Virus record (IMG/VR): IMGVR_UViG_3300048599_000194
Span: 111,177 to 175,176 of that record
Length of the DNA stretch: 64,000 bases
DNA from: a virus
Lineage: Duplodnaviria; Heunggongvirae; Uroviricota; Caudoviricetes
Direction: 5' to 3' (one strand)
Positions 10,782 to 20,730 of this stretch are shown here, one piece after another (position 1 is the first letter of the stretch; each line of letters opens with the position of its first letter). The notes beneath the pieces were generated by a model. The model was not told the origin of the DNA and did no database searches. It was given only the letters and a program-made list of their open reading frames with translations. Both the position numbers and the translations under genes were made by a program.

Positions 10782-12170
10782 TTACACCTTCTGTTTATTG
10801 TTGAAAATTGGAGCACCTGCGAATAGCTGATTAGGTGCTTGAATTGCATTGGTTGCATTCACTTGATAATAATCAAATCCAATATCTATAGTGACAATTA
10901 CAGGATCTCCATCTATTGTTTCACGCGAAGCAGTTACACCGAATGACGTGATGATTAATGGACTAAATCTATATTTTAGTGATCCTTTATAGTCGTAGAT
11001 TTCAAGACACACTTTAGGTGGATTTTTAGCAAATGAATCAACTAATCCTTTAATAAGATCTGAACCTGCCGATAATAGAGTACCTCCTGCTTTTATTAGA
11101 TTAGCCCCTGGTAAATTATCGAAAGCTCCTTCTTCTTTAGCAGGCGTTGAAGCAGTGCCACCTCCATCAATAATTGCCGCTGAAGGGTCGGTTGGAACTG
11201 AGGATGTTGAGTTGTCGTACCAGTGTACAGAATTAATATCACTTCCTATCGAAGAAGAATTTAATTGCATTTTAGATCTAGCTTTGGCCGCAGTAAGAAC
11301 AGTGAAGTCGAGATCGGATGATGCAGTTAATTTTGATACTGCAGTGTCGAAATAATCAGAGTCTTGCTTGACTAACCCTTCTGCAACTACAGTTGTATAT
11401 ATTTCGTTTAGGTCGGTCCATCCATTATTCCCCGAATATTGATTTGCTATTTTAGATGCTTCTTGCCAGTTACTAGCATCTGCCGCAGTTTTTGCTCTCT
11501 TTAGATCATTGCTCATTTTTATTATAGCCGCCGTATGTTTTCCACACATCTTTACTATTTCGACATAGGCGGCTTCTGTTGCGGCTTTTTCTGCGGTGGT
11601 AGGGTCATTCTGTCGAGTGCTTACCTGGGGATTATCATTTGAATTCCACACGCTAGTAGGCCATCCCAGATAGCATAGGGCCTGAATAGCCTCAAACCAC
11701 CCTGACATATGAGGAGTATACCATTTGAATTGAACCGCAAATCCATTTAGATTAGATCCGCCATACATCTTTTTGCTGGCAGGTCCAGTTCCACCTAATG
11801 TATAGCCCAATACATTCATCACAGTATTTGCGAATTTCAACATTGCCGCGCCATTTAATGAAGTTTTTGCACTGGCCTCAGCCTTCACGCCTGCATTAAC
11901 TCCTGTAGTCGTACCTCCGCCGATATTAACACCCTTTAATGCATCAGTAAATCCGTAGAAGCTAGTTGTCTTCCAATCATTCACCGCTTGTAACTTAATA
12001 TCACCTTGCACTATACCCTCTAAGTATAAATTACCGAATGGATTTTTTGTGTCGGTTCCAATATTAGTCCCAGTTGCCTCTCCAATAGATTGTTTCAGCT
12101 TTGCGACAAATGCTTCAAATCCGCCAATCGCCTCAGGGTCTTCGCAATATACTTTACCTTTTAATGACAT
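10782..12170 (-). CDS. tail tube initiator/baseplate tube-cap protein (gp48-like)
   Basis: Position; C-terminal PPKVCLEI..PLIITSFGVT..GDPVIVTIDIGF tube-fold-like segment. Confidence 0.45.
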   Translation of the reverse strand: MSLKGKVYCEDPEAIGGFEAFVAKLKQSIGEATGTNIGTDTKNPFGNLYLEGIVQGDIKLQAVNDWKTTSFYGFTDALKGVNIGGGTTTGVNAGVKAEASAKTSLNGAAMLKFANTVMNVLGYTLGGTGPASKKMYGGSNLNGFAVQFKWYTPHMSGWFEAIQALCYLGWPTSVWNSNDNPQVSTRQNDPTTAEKAATEAAYVEIVKMCGKHTAAIIKMSNDLKRAKTAADASNWQEASKIANQYSGNNGWTDLNEIYTTVVAEGLVKQDSDYFDTAVSKLTASSDLDFTVLTAAKARSKMQLNSSSIGSDINSVHWYDNSTSSVPTDPSAAIIDGGGTASTPAKEEGAFDNLPGANLIKAGGTLLSAGSDLIKGLVDSFAKNPPKVCLEIYDYKGSLKYRFSPLIITSFGVTASRETIDGDPVIVTIDIGFDYYQVNATNAIQAPNQLFAGAPIFNNKQKV

Positions 12171-12218
12171 GTAAATTATTTAGTTTCTGAGATAATAAAT
12201 AAAAACCGAGGAAATCAT

Positions 12219-13094
12219 ATGGGTGGAAGAGTAATTGGAGATCAAGATAGAGAAATACTAGCAAGTATGGGGATAGATCCAGATACTTTAGGGACCACGT
12301 CAGTCCAAGAAGTTAGGATTGAAGATAATGACTTATATTTACCAATCAAGGGATTACCTTCGGGTGGTAAGTTATATAGAAACCAAATGGGAATCCCCAT
12401 TACGATCAAGGGTATGCCATTTAAGGTGGAAGATACTACAGCACTTGCGGCTATGAAAGACGAAGAAAATCATGAGGTTGTAGATGATGTATTTCGCAAA
12501 AGATTGAAAGGGGTTCAACCAGAAGAACTTCTAGAAATGGATAGGAAATACATATTGGCTTGGATGCGTGAGCAAACATTTCAAAGGGCACCTTTACGCA
12601 GAACATTTGCGTGTTCACACTGTGGACATGTAAATCTACATAGAATAGTCGAACTTAAAGATTTTGTCAAGTATGTACTACCTGATGGAGTAAGTGAACC
12701 AGAATTTGATCTACCAGAATCAAATAAGCGAGTTAAATTAAGATTTGAACGTAGACGCGACGTAATTAGAGTTAGGGATTATATTAAGCAGTTTGAGAAT
12801 TATAGGAGAATAACTGATGCTGATGTTAAACGGTTTAGAATTGCTTCGCTGATAGACGGAAAGAGTTTAGAAACTGCGCTTGAATTCATGGCTGAATTAA
12901 GCCCAATTGATAATGCAGTGCTTAATACTCAATTCGATAGATGTAATATGGGTATGACCGACATTGCCGCATTGAACTGCGAAAAGGAGGAGTGCGAGAA
13001 CACAAACCTCGTACCCGTGCCCTTTCGATCTGAATACTTTGTTCCCAGAATTGGACCTGATTTGGTTGATCAAGGTGAAAGCATCGCTATCTAA
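12219..13094 (+). CDS. baseplate hub assembly chaperone, gp26-like
   Basis: LPSGGKLY, PFKVED, CxxC (CSHC), LPESNKRVKLRF and C-terminal Cys pair. Confidence 0.7.
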   Translation: MGGRVIGDQDREILASMGIDPDTLGTTSVQEVRIEDNDLYLPIKGLPSGGKLYRNQMGIPITIKGMPFKVEDTTALAAMKDEENHEVVDDVFRKRLKGVQPEELLEMDRKYILAWMREQTFQRAPLRRTFACSHCGHVNLHRIVELKDFVKYVLPDGVSEPEFDLPESNKRVKLRFERRRDVIRVRDYIKQFENYRRITDADVKRFRIASLIDGKSLETALEFMAELSPIDNAVLNTQFDRCNMGMTDIAALNCEKEECENTNLVPVPFRSEYFVPRIGPDLVDQGESIAI

Positions 13095-13224
13095 GTATCT
13101 CGGAACCAGCATTAATACTTTTGATAAAATGTTTTTATTCGAGTTCTTCGAATACTTAGATTACGTTCATAGAAAAATAGAAGACGATAGATCGTCCAGA
13201 ATGAACAATATAATACAATCCTAA
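13039..13224 (+). CDS. small gp51-like hub assembly protein (start uncertain; overlaps upstream gene in +1 frame)
   Basis: Helical ORF filling the gap between the gp26-like and tape-measure-like genes; TTG start without clear SD. Confidence 0.45.
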   Translation: MFPELDLIWLIKVKASLSKYLGTSINTFDKMFLFEFFEYLDYVHRKIEDDRSSRMNNIIQS

Positions 13225-13232
13225 ATAATAGA

Positions 13233-15194
13233 ATGGCATTGAATCCTACAGATATGACTTTACAGCGACTTGCAGTGTCTCTTGGACAGCTAGTCGATCA
13301 ATTGCAAGTCACTAAGTCAACTAAAAAAGATATTCAAATAGAAGATGTAATCAAGGCGTTGAATTTAACCTTCAAGACAACAAAGGGAGACATCGGAGAA
13401 TTAAAATCTCTATTGAAGGTTAGTAAAAACACTGGAAATTCTGCACAATACGAAAAACTAATTAAGATGTTAGAGCTTCTGGTTAAATCGTATGATAATC
13501 CAGATGTTAAGCAGATGAATAGGCTCGGTATTACAACTCAAAACTTAATTGCAGAGATATCTTCACTTAGGGACGAAGTTAAATCTACTAACCTCAAGGG
13601 TAATGAAAAAGCAAATTTAAGCCTGCTTAGTCAGGCAATTGCAGATGGTCAAAAACAATATGCATTAAGTGGATTTGGAAAGGATGCTAGTAATTTTTAT
13701 AAGAAAGCTACACTAGAGCAAATGAGATTGCTTCGTCAAATAGATAAACACATAGATGAAGGAATACCACTTAAAAATTTAGGTAAGAAATCTCCATTAG
13801 AAAAAGCTAAAGAACTTGGATCAAAAGCATTAAGCTCGGGTCCATTACAAGCCGCCGCCGATATGGTTCTAAAGGGTATGGGATTTGGTACATTACCTGG
13901 AGAGTTTTTAGATATTTTCTCAAGATCAATGGGAAAATCTAAGTCGAGTGTAAAAGATGCGGAGAAGGCAGAACTACAATCGATGAAAGTTAAAGGATTA
14001 ATTGAGGCTAAAGAAAAATCTCAATTAGCATTAGACTATAATAGGACAATACAGGAACGAGCTAAAGAAGTAAAAAGCTCGGCAGTAGCAACTAAGACAA
14101 ATCTAACTATTGAGTTAAGTAAAGCAATAGCAGATGCAATGAGAATTAATGAGGACATTTCTGCGAAGTATGCTGTTGAAGGCGAACCAGGATTAGCCGA
14201 TGCCAATAAAATTGCAGATGCTATCAAGACTAATAGCATAAGTAAATCAGAAATCGAAAGTCTATTAAAATCAATTGAAGCTAAAGGTAAAGCAGGTAGT
14301 GTCTCGTCAGAGGAATTATTGAAAAATTTCTCAGAAGTTGCCGAATATTCGAACATAATTGAAGAACAAGAAAAGATAATCGCAGAAACTGCAGTTGGAA
14401 TACAAGAATCAATCGACAAGGTGGCAGAATTATTCCTAGATTTGCGAGAAATACTAGGAAAGGAATTGAAAAATGAACTAGCAATGATAGATAAGCTCAT
14501 TTCTGGTATGAAGAATATAGACGAGGAGACTGCCGCAGGAATTAAGAGTGATAAAATCACCCGTAAATTAGCTAATATGGCTAGTGTATCTGGTGTTGCA
14601 GAGGATGAACTTCACGGAATAATAGGCGGAGAATCCAATAGCAAATACATGCGAGAATATGAAGCACAGGCGCAATATGGTGGAAAGAAATTACCGAGTG
14701 AGTTGGCTAGATCTGCATTTATGGAAAATTCATTTAGAGCCGCAATATATGGAGAAGAAGCATTAGCTAAAAAAGTTAAGACTCCCGGTGATGAATTTGA
14801 AGAGAAGGTTAGAGTGACAAACGAGAGATTGAGTAAATCTCCCCCACCAACCCCACCAGAATTACAACCACAAAACAACATACCTGAATTAATTGGAGAA
14901 AATACGGCTACATCTGAACACGGGGAAATGTTGGAAAATGGGCTTAGCTTAGATGAAATTAGCGATATAGTCTCAGAGTCAATAAATGAATTCCTCAAGA
15001 ATTTCGAGGAATCAATGAAGGATAGGGATCGCGATAATAAAGAACAATCCGAATTGTTAAGAAGATCACTTATGAGTGGAGAAGTAAAGGTCAGTGTAGT
15101 AAACTTAAAAGACTTGCCACCTCCAAGCGTCCACGTATCTCAAGGCGGGGGCGGTGATAGCTCAGGTGGAAGTTCAGATGCTTTTGGAGATTAA
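13233..15194 (+). CDS. tape-measure/baseplate hub (gp29-like) coiled-coil protein
   Basis: Long helical K/E/A/L-rich ORF directly after the chaperone genes; TAAATA 5 nt upstream. Confidence 0.5.
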   Translation: MALNPTDMTLQRLAVSLGQLVDQLQVTKSTKKDIQIEDVIKALNLTFKTTKGDIGELKSLLKVSKNTGNSAQYEKLIKMLELLVKSYDNPDVKQMNRLGITTQNLIAEISSLRDEVKSTNLKGNEKANLSLLSQAIADGQKQYALSGFGKDASNFYKKATLEQMRLLRQIDKHIDEGIPLKNLGKKSPLEKAKELGSKALSSGPLQAAADMVLKGMGFGTLPGEFLDIFSRSMGKSKSSVKDAEKAELQSMKVKGLIEAKEKSQLALDYNRTIQERAKEVKSSAVATKTNLTIELSKAIADAMRINEDISAKYAVEGEPGLADANKIADAIKTNSISKSEIESLLKSIEAKGKAGSVSSEELLKNFSEVAEYSNIIEEQEKIIAETAVGIQESIDKVAELFLDLREILGKELKNELAMIDKLISGMKNIDEETAAGIKSDKITRKLANMASVSGVAEDELHGIIGGESNSKYMREYEAQAQYGGKKLPSELARSAFMENSFRAAIYGEEALAKKVKTPGDEFEEKVRVTNERLSKSPPPTPPELQPQNNIPELIGENTATSEHGEMLENGLSLDEISDIVSESINEFLKNFEESMKDRDRDNKEQSELLRRSLMSGEVKVSVVNLKDLPPPSVHVSQGGGGDSSGGSSDAFGD

Positions 15195-15197
15195 TAG

Positions 15198-16037
15198 ATG
15201 ACATTAAGAAGCGAAATTAGCACATATTTTGGAAAAACCGTTTCTGGATTTGTTGCGAACAAATTTATGGTTGAAATATCCGCAATGAATATGTCAACCT
15301 TGCGGTTTTATGTAAAGAAAGTATCGATTCCGTATGAGACGTTGAATGTTAGTGAAGATATATACGTTAGTGATGTTACATTGGCTAAGCCAAGAAACAT
15401 AACTTCAGTGCAGACACCTTCAGAAATATCATTCGCATTTAGAATGGATCCTGAAAATACGATAATTAAAAGTCTGGAATCGTTATTTGCAAGTACTCAT
15501 AACATACAAACATTTGAAGTCACTAGATCAGCTAAATTGTTTAACATTACTGTAACTCTTTACGGAACTGATCATTCAGTTAAATATTCAAAATCATTTA
15601 ACAACTGCAGTATAATTAAAATGGAATCATATGATCTTGATGCATCTGATCGTAAATTAAAAGAATATAGCGCAACTTTCTTATGTAATAGAATTGATTA
15701 TAGTCAATATTCATCAACGGGGGCATCAGTTGAAGTTGCAATTAATACTTCATGCCAGAAGCTAAAAGATGCATATGATGCGGCAAAGAAAAAATACACT
15801 GGCGTACTTAACGGACAGCCTTCAACTTCAATTACCTCCGAAGTTATAGACAAGGCGTTAAATGAAAGCAATATTATACCTACTTATGTTAATATGCTAA
15901 ACAATTCAAAAGCATGTAGATGGGATGAGAAATTTCCAATAGGTGTTGATATTCCAGTTGCAGCTAGAACTCATCTATATAATAGACTGATTAAAGGTGG
16001 AGTCCCTGCAGATCATATTCAAAATGGAACTGCATAA
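15198..16037 (+). CDS. tube-fold baseplate protein (gp54-like)
   Basis: NKFMVEI..FYVKKVSIP..ISFAF..YSATF tail-tube-like motifs. Confidence 0.55.
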   Translation: MTLRSEISTYFGKTVSGFVANKFMVEISAMNMSTLRFYVKKVSIPYETLNVSEDIYVSDVTLAKPRNITSVQTPSEISFAFRMDPENTIIKSLESLFASTHNIQTFEVTRSAKLFNITVTLYGTDHSVKYSKSFNNCSIIKMESYDLDASDRKLKEYSATFLCNRIDYSQYSSTGASVEVAINTSCQKLKDAYDAAKKKYTGVLNGQPSTSITSEVIDKALNESNIIPTYVNMLNNSKACRWDEKFPIGVDIPVAARTHLYNRLIKGGVPADHIQNGTA

Positions 16038-16688
16038 TTATTCAGACGAATAAGCATTTCTAATAGTAGAAGTAGATGACGCTTTCTTTTCAAATATTGC
16101 AAGATCGTAATCGAAAGTAACATTAAATTTATACAATTCATTTCCTTCATATGCTAATTTTACATTATCGATATTAGTTGGCTTAATGTTTAGAAATTTA
16201 ATCTTGAATAATTCATCACCTGTCACATAACTAAAACATGAAAGAATTACGGCATTTGTATTTACATGTTCACCTTTGGAATAATCTCCAGTATTCAATG
16301 CAAATTTTTCATTTAGTGGATTGGTCATTATCGAAGTATCACCTTCAGAGAATTCACCTCCATTCATGCATTGTTGATGCCATCTTAGTAATGAATTGTA
16401 TCCTAATAGATTTTCGCCTTCTAAGATTGTCATATTGATAGTCCCTGCATTGTTAACCGAAGTTGCCACTTTTCTCTCAACTCCGAAATAAAACATCGAG
16501 TCGGTTTCACTTTGAAATTTTGGAACTTCGGCGTCCTTGACGTGAAAAGATAACAACTCTGAACCTGGATATAAACTTGAATTACTGAATTCTGAGAAAT
16601 TAAATGTAACTAGCCATTTAGTTGTTCGTATAGGCTCAGAGGTCTTCTCTAGTGCAGTTACAAAATATCCATACTTCTTATCTAACAT
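16038..16688 (-). CDS. tail tube protein paralog (gp19-like)
   Basis: EPIRTTKWLVTF..KFLNIKPT..FNVTFDYD; start reassigned to MLDKK (16688), which has TAAATA 5 nt upstream and lies downstream of a terminator. Confidence 0.7.
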   Translation of the reverse strand: MLDKKYGYFVTALEKTSEPIRTTKWLVTFNFSEFSNSSLYPGSELLSFHVKDAEVPKFQSETDSMFYFGVERKVATSVNNAGTINMTILEGENLLGYNSLLRWHQQCMNGGEFSEGDTSIMTNPLNEKFALNTGDYSKGEHVNTNAVILSCFSYVTGDELFKIKFLNIKPTNIDNVKLAYEGNELYKFNVTFDYDLAIFEKKASSTSTIRNAYSSE

Positions 16689-16701
16689 TCTATTATTTAG
16701 G

Positions 16702-16733
16702 AAAAAATAAAGGCTCTCCCAATGGGAGAGCCT
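16702..16733 (-). terminator. intrinsic terminator after major tail tube gene
   Basis: AGGCTCTCCC-aat-GGGAGAGCCT hairpin followed by T-rich tract on minus strand. Confidence 0.7.
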
Positions 16734-16758
16734 ATTTGAATAGAAATAATGAATTAAA

Positions 16759-17445
16759 TTACATTCCATTACCCATCGAACCGAGCTTCGATGGAACTAC
16801 GAAATTGTAGTAGTCTTGATGTGAAGTCATTGTCCATTTTGCAAGTGCTGGGGACTCGTGACTTAAACTAATTCCGCCAACTGACTTAGGGAAGAAGTTT
16901 ACGAACGAACATCTCCATAGAACAACACCTTGCGTATAATCATACAATTCTAGCCAAATGGTGTCATTATTTCTAACTACGCTATTTGGGAAATCGGTCT
17001 GAGTAAACTTACCAGAACCTAGATTAACACCCATTCCATTAGTTGCAGTGGGATCAATCGCGGCGGTACTTGGAGTGTCAATAGTCAAAGCCCCCACGTT
17101 ATGTACATATTGATTCCATAAAGCAAAGAATCTAAATGCCTTGAGGTCAGAAGTCTCTTGAATCTCCCAGTCTAGTTCAGTGTCGAATTCAGTGTTTGTG
17201 GCAAAAGCCATTTTCTGACCCATGAAGAATGAATCGGCGGTCTGAACCACTACCTTTGGAATAGTACCAGTCTTAACCAGAACCGATAAGTCCTGATCAT
17301 TGGTAATGTCCGATAAGATTGAAGGATTACCCATCGCCGTCTTAATGGCCGCAGTATTAACCCTCAATCTCCAGTGAGTGGTTCGAATAGGATCTCGCTG
17401 AGAAGACATCTGCGAGATCCAGTAGAAATTTGATTTATCTGCCAT
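16759..17445 (-). CDS. tail tube protein, gp19-like
   Basis: Directly downstream of sheath; DPIRTTHWRL..FVNFFPKSVGGISLS..YDYY-type motifs. Confidence 0.8.
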   Translation of the reverse strand: MADKSNFYWISQMSSQRDPIRTTHWRLRVNTAAIKTAMGNPSILSDITNDQDLSVLVKTGTIPKVVVQTADSFFMGQKMAFATNTEFDTELDWEIQETSDLKAFRFFALWNQYVHNVGALTIDTPSTAAIDPTATNGMGVNLGSGKFTQTDFPNSVVRNNDTIWLELYDYTQGVVLWRCSFVNFFPKSVGGISLSHESPALAKWTMTSHQDYYNFVVPSKLGSMGNGM

Positions 17446-17458
17446 TCTTTATTTCTCC

Positions 17459-19660
17459 TTATACCTTGATTCCAGATTCAACAATTCCGCCAGTTCTATA
17501 TAGTGTAGTGGTTAGATTGATGACTCTAGTATCTCGAACAATCTCTAGACCAACATCGACATTCAACTGGCCTGCATCGATGACATCTGAGGTATTGTTT
17601 GTTTCGTCGCAGATAACGTAGTAATTGTATAGACCTGCAGGATCTGCATGATTCATGATGAAGTTCAAATCATCATTAAGCATATTCCAAATGGTTTTAC
17701 GAAGGGCCGCAGTGTTTAACTCAGCTACGTATTGCTCAAGTAACTTACGGTATCTCTTGTTCAGATTAGCCAAGAAGCAGACTGCATGCCATCTCTGAAG
17801 AACAGAGGACTTAGCCATCAAAGTGTAATCATCCCAGAAGTATTCTCCCGTGGAAGTCAACCTAGAAGGATTGATTCTGCTCTGACTTAGCAAACCAACT
17901 TCATCTGGATAAGTACGAGGGTTTATTGTTCCAACCGAAGGGGAAGTAATTAAACCTCTATTTGGACCCCACTGGGTCTGCCAAGGGTAAGACGTGCTAT
18001 ATACGTTATATGCAACAACTGCCTTGAATACTGAACGTGCGGCCTCAATCTGCTTCTTGTTAAATACGTCATTGATTATTTGACGCCCATCCTGGACATT
18101 ACCCCAGAAAGTAGCATATGATGCAGTTGAACCTTCAACTTCATTTCCAATTGAAGGGTATCTCTTGAAGTAATCAATCAATGTTTTTACATTTGAACGC
18201 TTAGGTAGATCAATGATGCAAGGTGCATCCATACGGCTACTCGAAGCCTGAAGGAGAGCAGTAACAACTGTCATGTCTCCATTCTCAAGACCTGCGTTTT
18301 CTCTGTCAGTGCCAAAAGCATTTATCGAAGATCCGCCATCGGCAAGCATCGATACTTCTACATTTGTAGTATCTGCAAACATCCCCCATGCAGATGCCAA
18401 TGCAGTTGACGATCTCACTGGAGTTGCTTCTGATGTTCCACCTGTTAACAGTGTCTTAGATGCTGATTTATTCACGACGCTAAGGGTTATTGATTCAGTG
18501 CGCTTCTTAAAGGTGAGTAGGTTAGATGAGATGGTGTCAATTTCTAGCTGATCGCCATAGTCGGTTACATATTCATTGGTTGTTGCGTATATGGTTTCAA
18601 GTGGAGTCTGATTTGTTTTCGACTCATACAATCTAACAATAACCAACCAATTGATTAGATTATTAAGACTCTCGTTCAATGTTTCATCGTCAAGAGAACT
18701 TAGATCTGAAGCTAGAACTCCAGATACAGTATGGAATTCTCCGTTTACGAAAACATCACCATAAATCTTAGAATCAGAATCAGTATATGGTTCAGAATAT
18801 ACACCGAGGCTTAAAATGAATGACTTATATGCGGCTGTTTCTGTAGTATACCAATCATCGGCAGGGCCTGCATTTAGAGAATGAGGAACTTCAAACCCAC
18901 TCTTGACGTAGTTCACTCCGCCAAAACCGTATGTCTGAAGCGAACTATATTTTACGGTGGGAGTAGATCCTAGAGGATAAACTGCAACTGCACCAGTGTC
19001 AGTACTAGTTCCAACTTTATACTTAGTTGCGCCATTCACTGTAGTTGAATAGGTGGTCCCGTCTGCCTGTAGATAGTAGGTTCCCGATGCATCTGGATAT
19101 AGATATGCAACTGTAGTTGCAACTGCATATTCAAATGTCTGAATGGAAACGTAATACTTATCAAAACCTGGGTATTTTAGGAACATTGTAAAAGGAGAAT
19201 CTGTATCGCTAGATGCAACTGTCTTTTGATTTACCTTATTCAAAACAACGTCAGACATATTATACGAAATGGCAACCGGAGTTATTGCATCTCCTGTTCC
19301 ATTAGTGTCCTGGGTAATTTCACCACTTCCAGTCACTGGGGCGAGATATACGCCATAATTAAGAGTTTCTGCTGAGTTTGCCTGAACTGTACGGACAATA
19401 ACAATTTCAGCACCTGCATTTAATAAAATCTTTGCATTGTGAAGCAAGTAAACTTCATTTGGCTTATATCCCTTAGGAGTACCAAAAATTGAATATAGAT
19501 CACTTTCAGTGCTAACAACAACTGGAATATTGGATGGTCCCTTAGGAGTCCAGCCAACCAAACCGATTCTATATGGTGCAGAAGTGGTATTAGGGCGACC
19601 AGAGATGTCCTTGATATTAATCTGAACTCCAGCCGCTCCTTTTAGATTAGATTTGATCAT
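17459..19660 (-). CDS. tail sheath protein, gp18-like
   Basis: N-terminal AGVQINIKDIS..GLVGWTPKGP..FGTP; C-terminal WGPNRG..RINP..YYVICDETNNTSDVIDAGQLNVDV. Confidence 0.92.
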   Translation of the reverse strand: MIKSNLKGAAGVQINIKDISGRPNTTSAPYRIGLVGWTPKGPSNIPVVVSTESDLYSIFGTPKGYKPNEVYLLHNAKILLNAGAEIVIVRTVQANSAETLNYGVYLAPVTGSGEITQDTNGTGDAITPVAISYNMSDVVLNKVNQKTVASSDTDSPFTMFLKYPGFDKYYVSIQTFEYAVATTVAYLYPDASGTYYLQADGTTYSTTVNGATKYKVGTSTDTGAVAVYPLGSTPTVKYSSLQTYGFGGVNYVKSGFEVPHSLNAGPADDWYTTETAAYKSFILSLGVYSEPYTDSDSKIYGDVFVNGEFHTVSGVLASDLSSLDDETLNESLNNLINWLVIVRLYESKTNQTPLETIYATTNEYVTDYGDQLEIDTISSNLLTFKKRTESITLSVVNKSASKTLLTGGTSEATPVRSSTALASAWGMFADTTNVEVSMLADGGSSINAFGTDRENAGLENGDMTVVTALLQASSSRMDAPCIIDLPKRSNVKTLIDYFKRYPSIGNEVEGSTASYATFWGNVQDGRQIINDVFNKKQIEAARSVFKAVVAYNVYSTSYPWQTQWGPNRGLITSPSVGTINPRTYPDEVGLLSQSRINPSRLTSTGEYFWDDYTLMAKSSVLQRWHAVCFLANLNKRYRKLLEQYVAELNTAALRKTIWNMLNDDLNFIMNHADPAGLYNYYVICDETNNTSDVIDAGQLNVDVGLEIVRDTRVINLTTTLYRTGGIVESGIKV

Positions 19661-19739
19661 GTAAAAACTCCCTACTTTGTTTAATATTTAGTTCAATATG
19701 GCGAAATTAAGATTTTTTCCAACTTCCTAAATATTCTAG

Positions 19740-20687
19740 ATGAACTCTAATATGGCATTGTATTTTAAGGGTAACTGGTCGGCTGAACAGTTAGCTGAAA
19801 TGGGAATTAATACAAGAGATGCATTTAATCCATATAATCAAATGCAGAATAGATTTGCTGATCAAGTAACCCATGATAATCTAGCAGGTGAATACACTGA
19901 TGTTAATGGAGTTCAGTGCATTTATTATGTTGCTTCGTTAGATACTACTAGAGATCCAATATATCATGAAGATCCAACTCAAACTATGGAACGTGTATTT
20001 CACGTTAAAATGGTTGGAGACGAAACAATTGCCGCAGATAAAATTAAATTTGGTAGATTTGTATTTGAGGGCATGGACGAAATTAATGTGTTTATACACA
20101 GAGCAACTTTCTTTGAGATGAATTATGCTAGTCTACAGAATTATGGAATTGCTCCATTACTAGATCCTCTTGATCATAACCCTATTATATCTGAGCGAGG
20201 TGGAGCCCAATTTAACTATAAGGGGTATTCCAAAGCTCAAATATTCCCAAAAGCGAGCGATCTAATAAAACCTGATTGGAATAATCTATTATACGAAATC
20301 ACTGATGTTAGAATAGAAATACCTGATCAGAGTTTCTTACAAAGAAAATATTTCTTTGGAATAACACTACGTCAATACAGAGACGACCATCGCGATATCG
20401 CTGGCACTGTGGAAAATAATGGATTCAACACTGAAGGGTATATTGATAATAAGTTTGATAGATATACTGATCTAGATATTGCAGGAAATATTCAAAACGA
20501 GCCAATTCAGGATAGTGATGAAGATACCAGAAGATATTGGGGTAATCCTGAACATCCATACGGTGTACATGAAGGAAGCATATCTAAAAAGGATACTGTT
20601 ACATTTAGACCGGACACGATTCCAGAAGGAACTCCGAATATTAGCGATAATAAGAGATTTAGACCTTCTCCATTTGGCCGAGCATAA
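19740..20687 (+). CDS. neck/head-closure protein, gp14-like
   Basis: GVQCIYY..DPIYHEDP..KFG..DEINVFI..PKASDLI..LYEITDV motifs. Confidence 0.75.
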   Translation: MNSNMALYFKGNWSAEQLAEMGINTRDAFNPYNQMQNRFADQVTHDNLAGEYTDVNGVQCIYYVASLDTTRDPIYHEDPTQTMERVFHVKMVGDETIAADKIKFGRFVFEGMDEINVFIHRATFFEMNYASLQNYGIAPLLDPLDHNPIISERGGAQFNYKGYSKAQIFPKASDLIKPDWNNLLYEITDVRIEIPDQSFLQRKYFFGITLRQYRDDHRDIAGTVENNGFNTEGYIDNKFDRYTDLDIAGNIQNEPIQDSDEDTRRYWGNPEHPYGVHEGSISKKDTVTFRPDTIPEGTPNISDNKRFRPSPFGRA

Positions 20688-20730
20688 TAAATCAGATATA
20701 CATTTTGCCTAAATATTAGGCGAGGTTAAA

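Noticed and set aside
15198-17445. Multiple tail-tube-fold genes as a novelty
   Set aside because: Tube paralogs (gp19/gp48/gp54-like) are normal in T4-like and jumbo myophages
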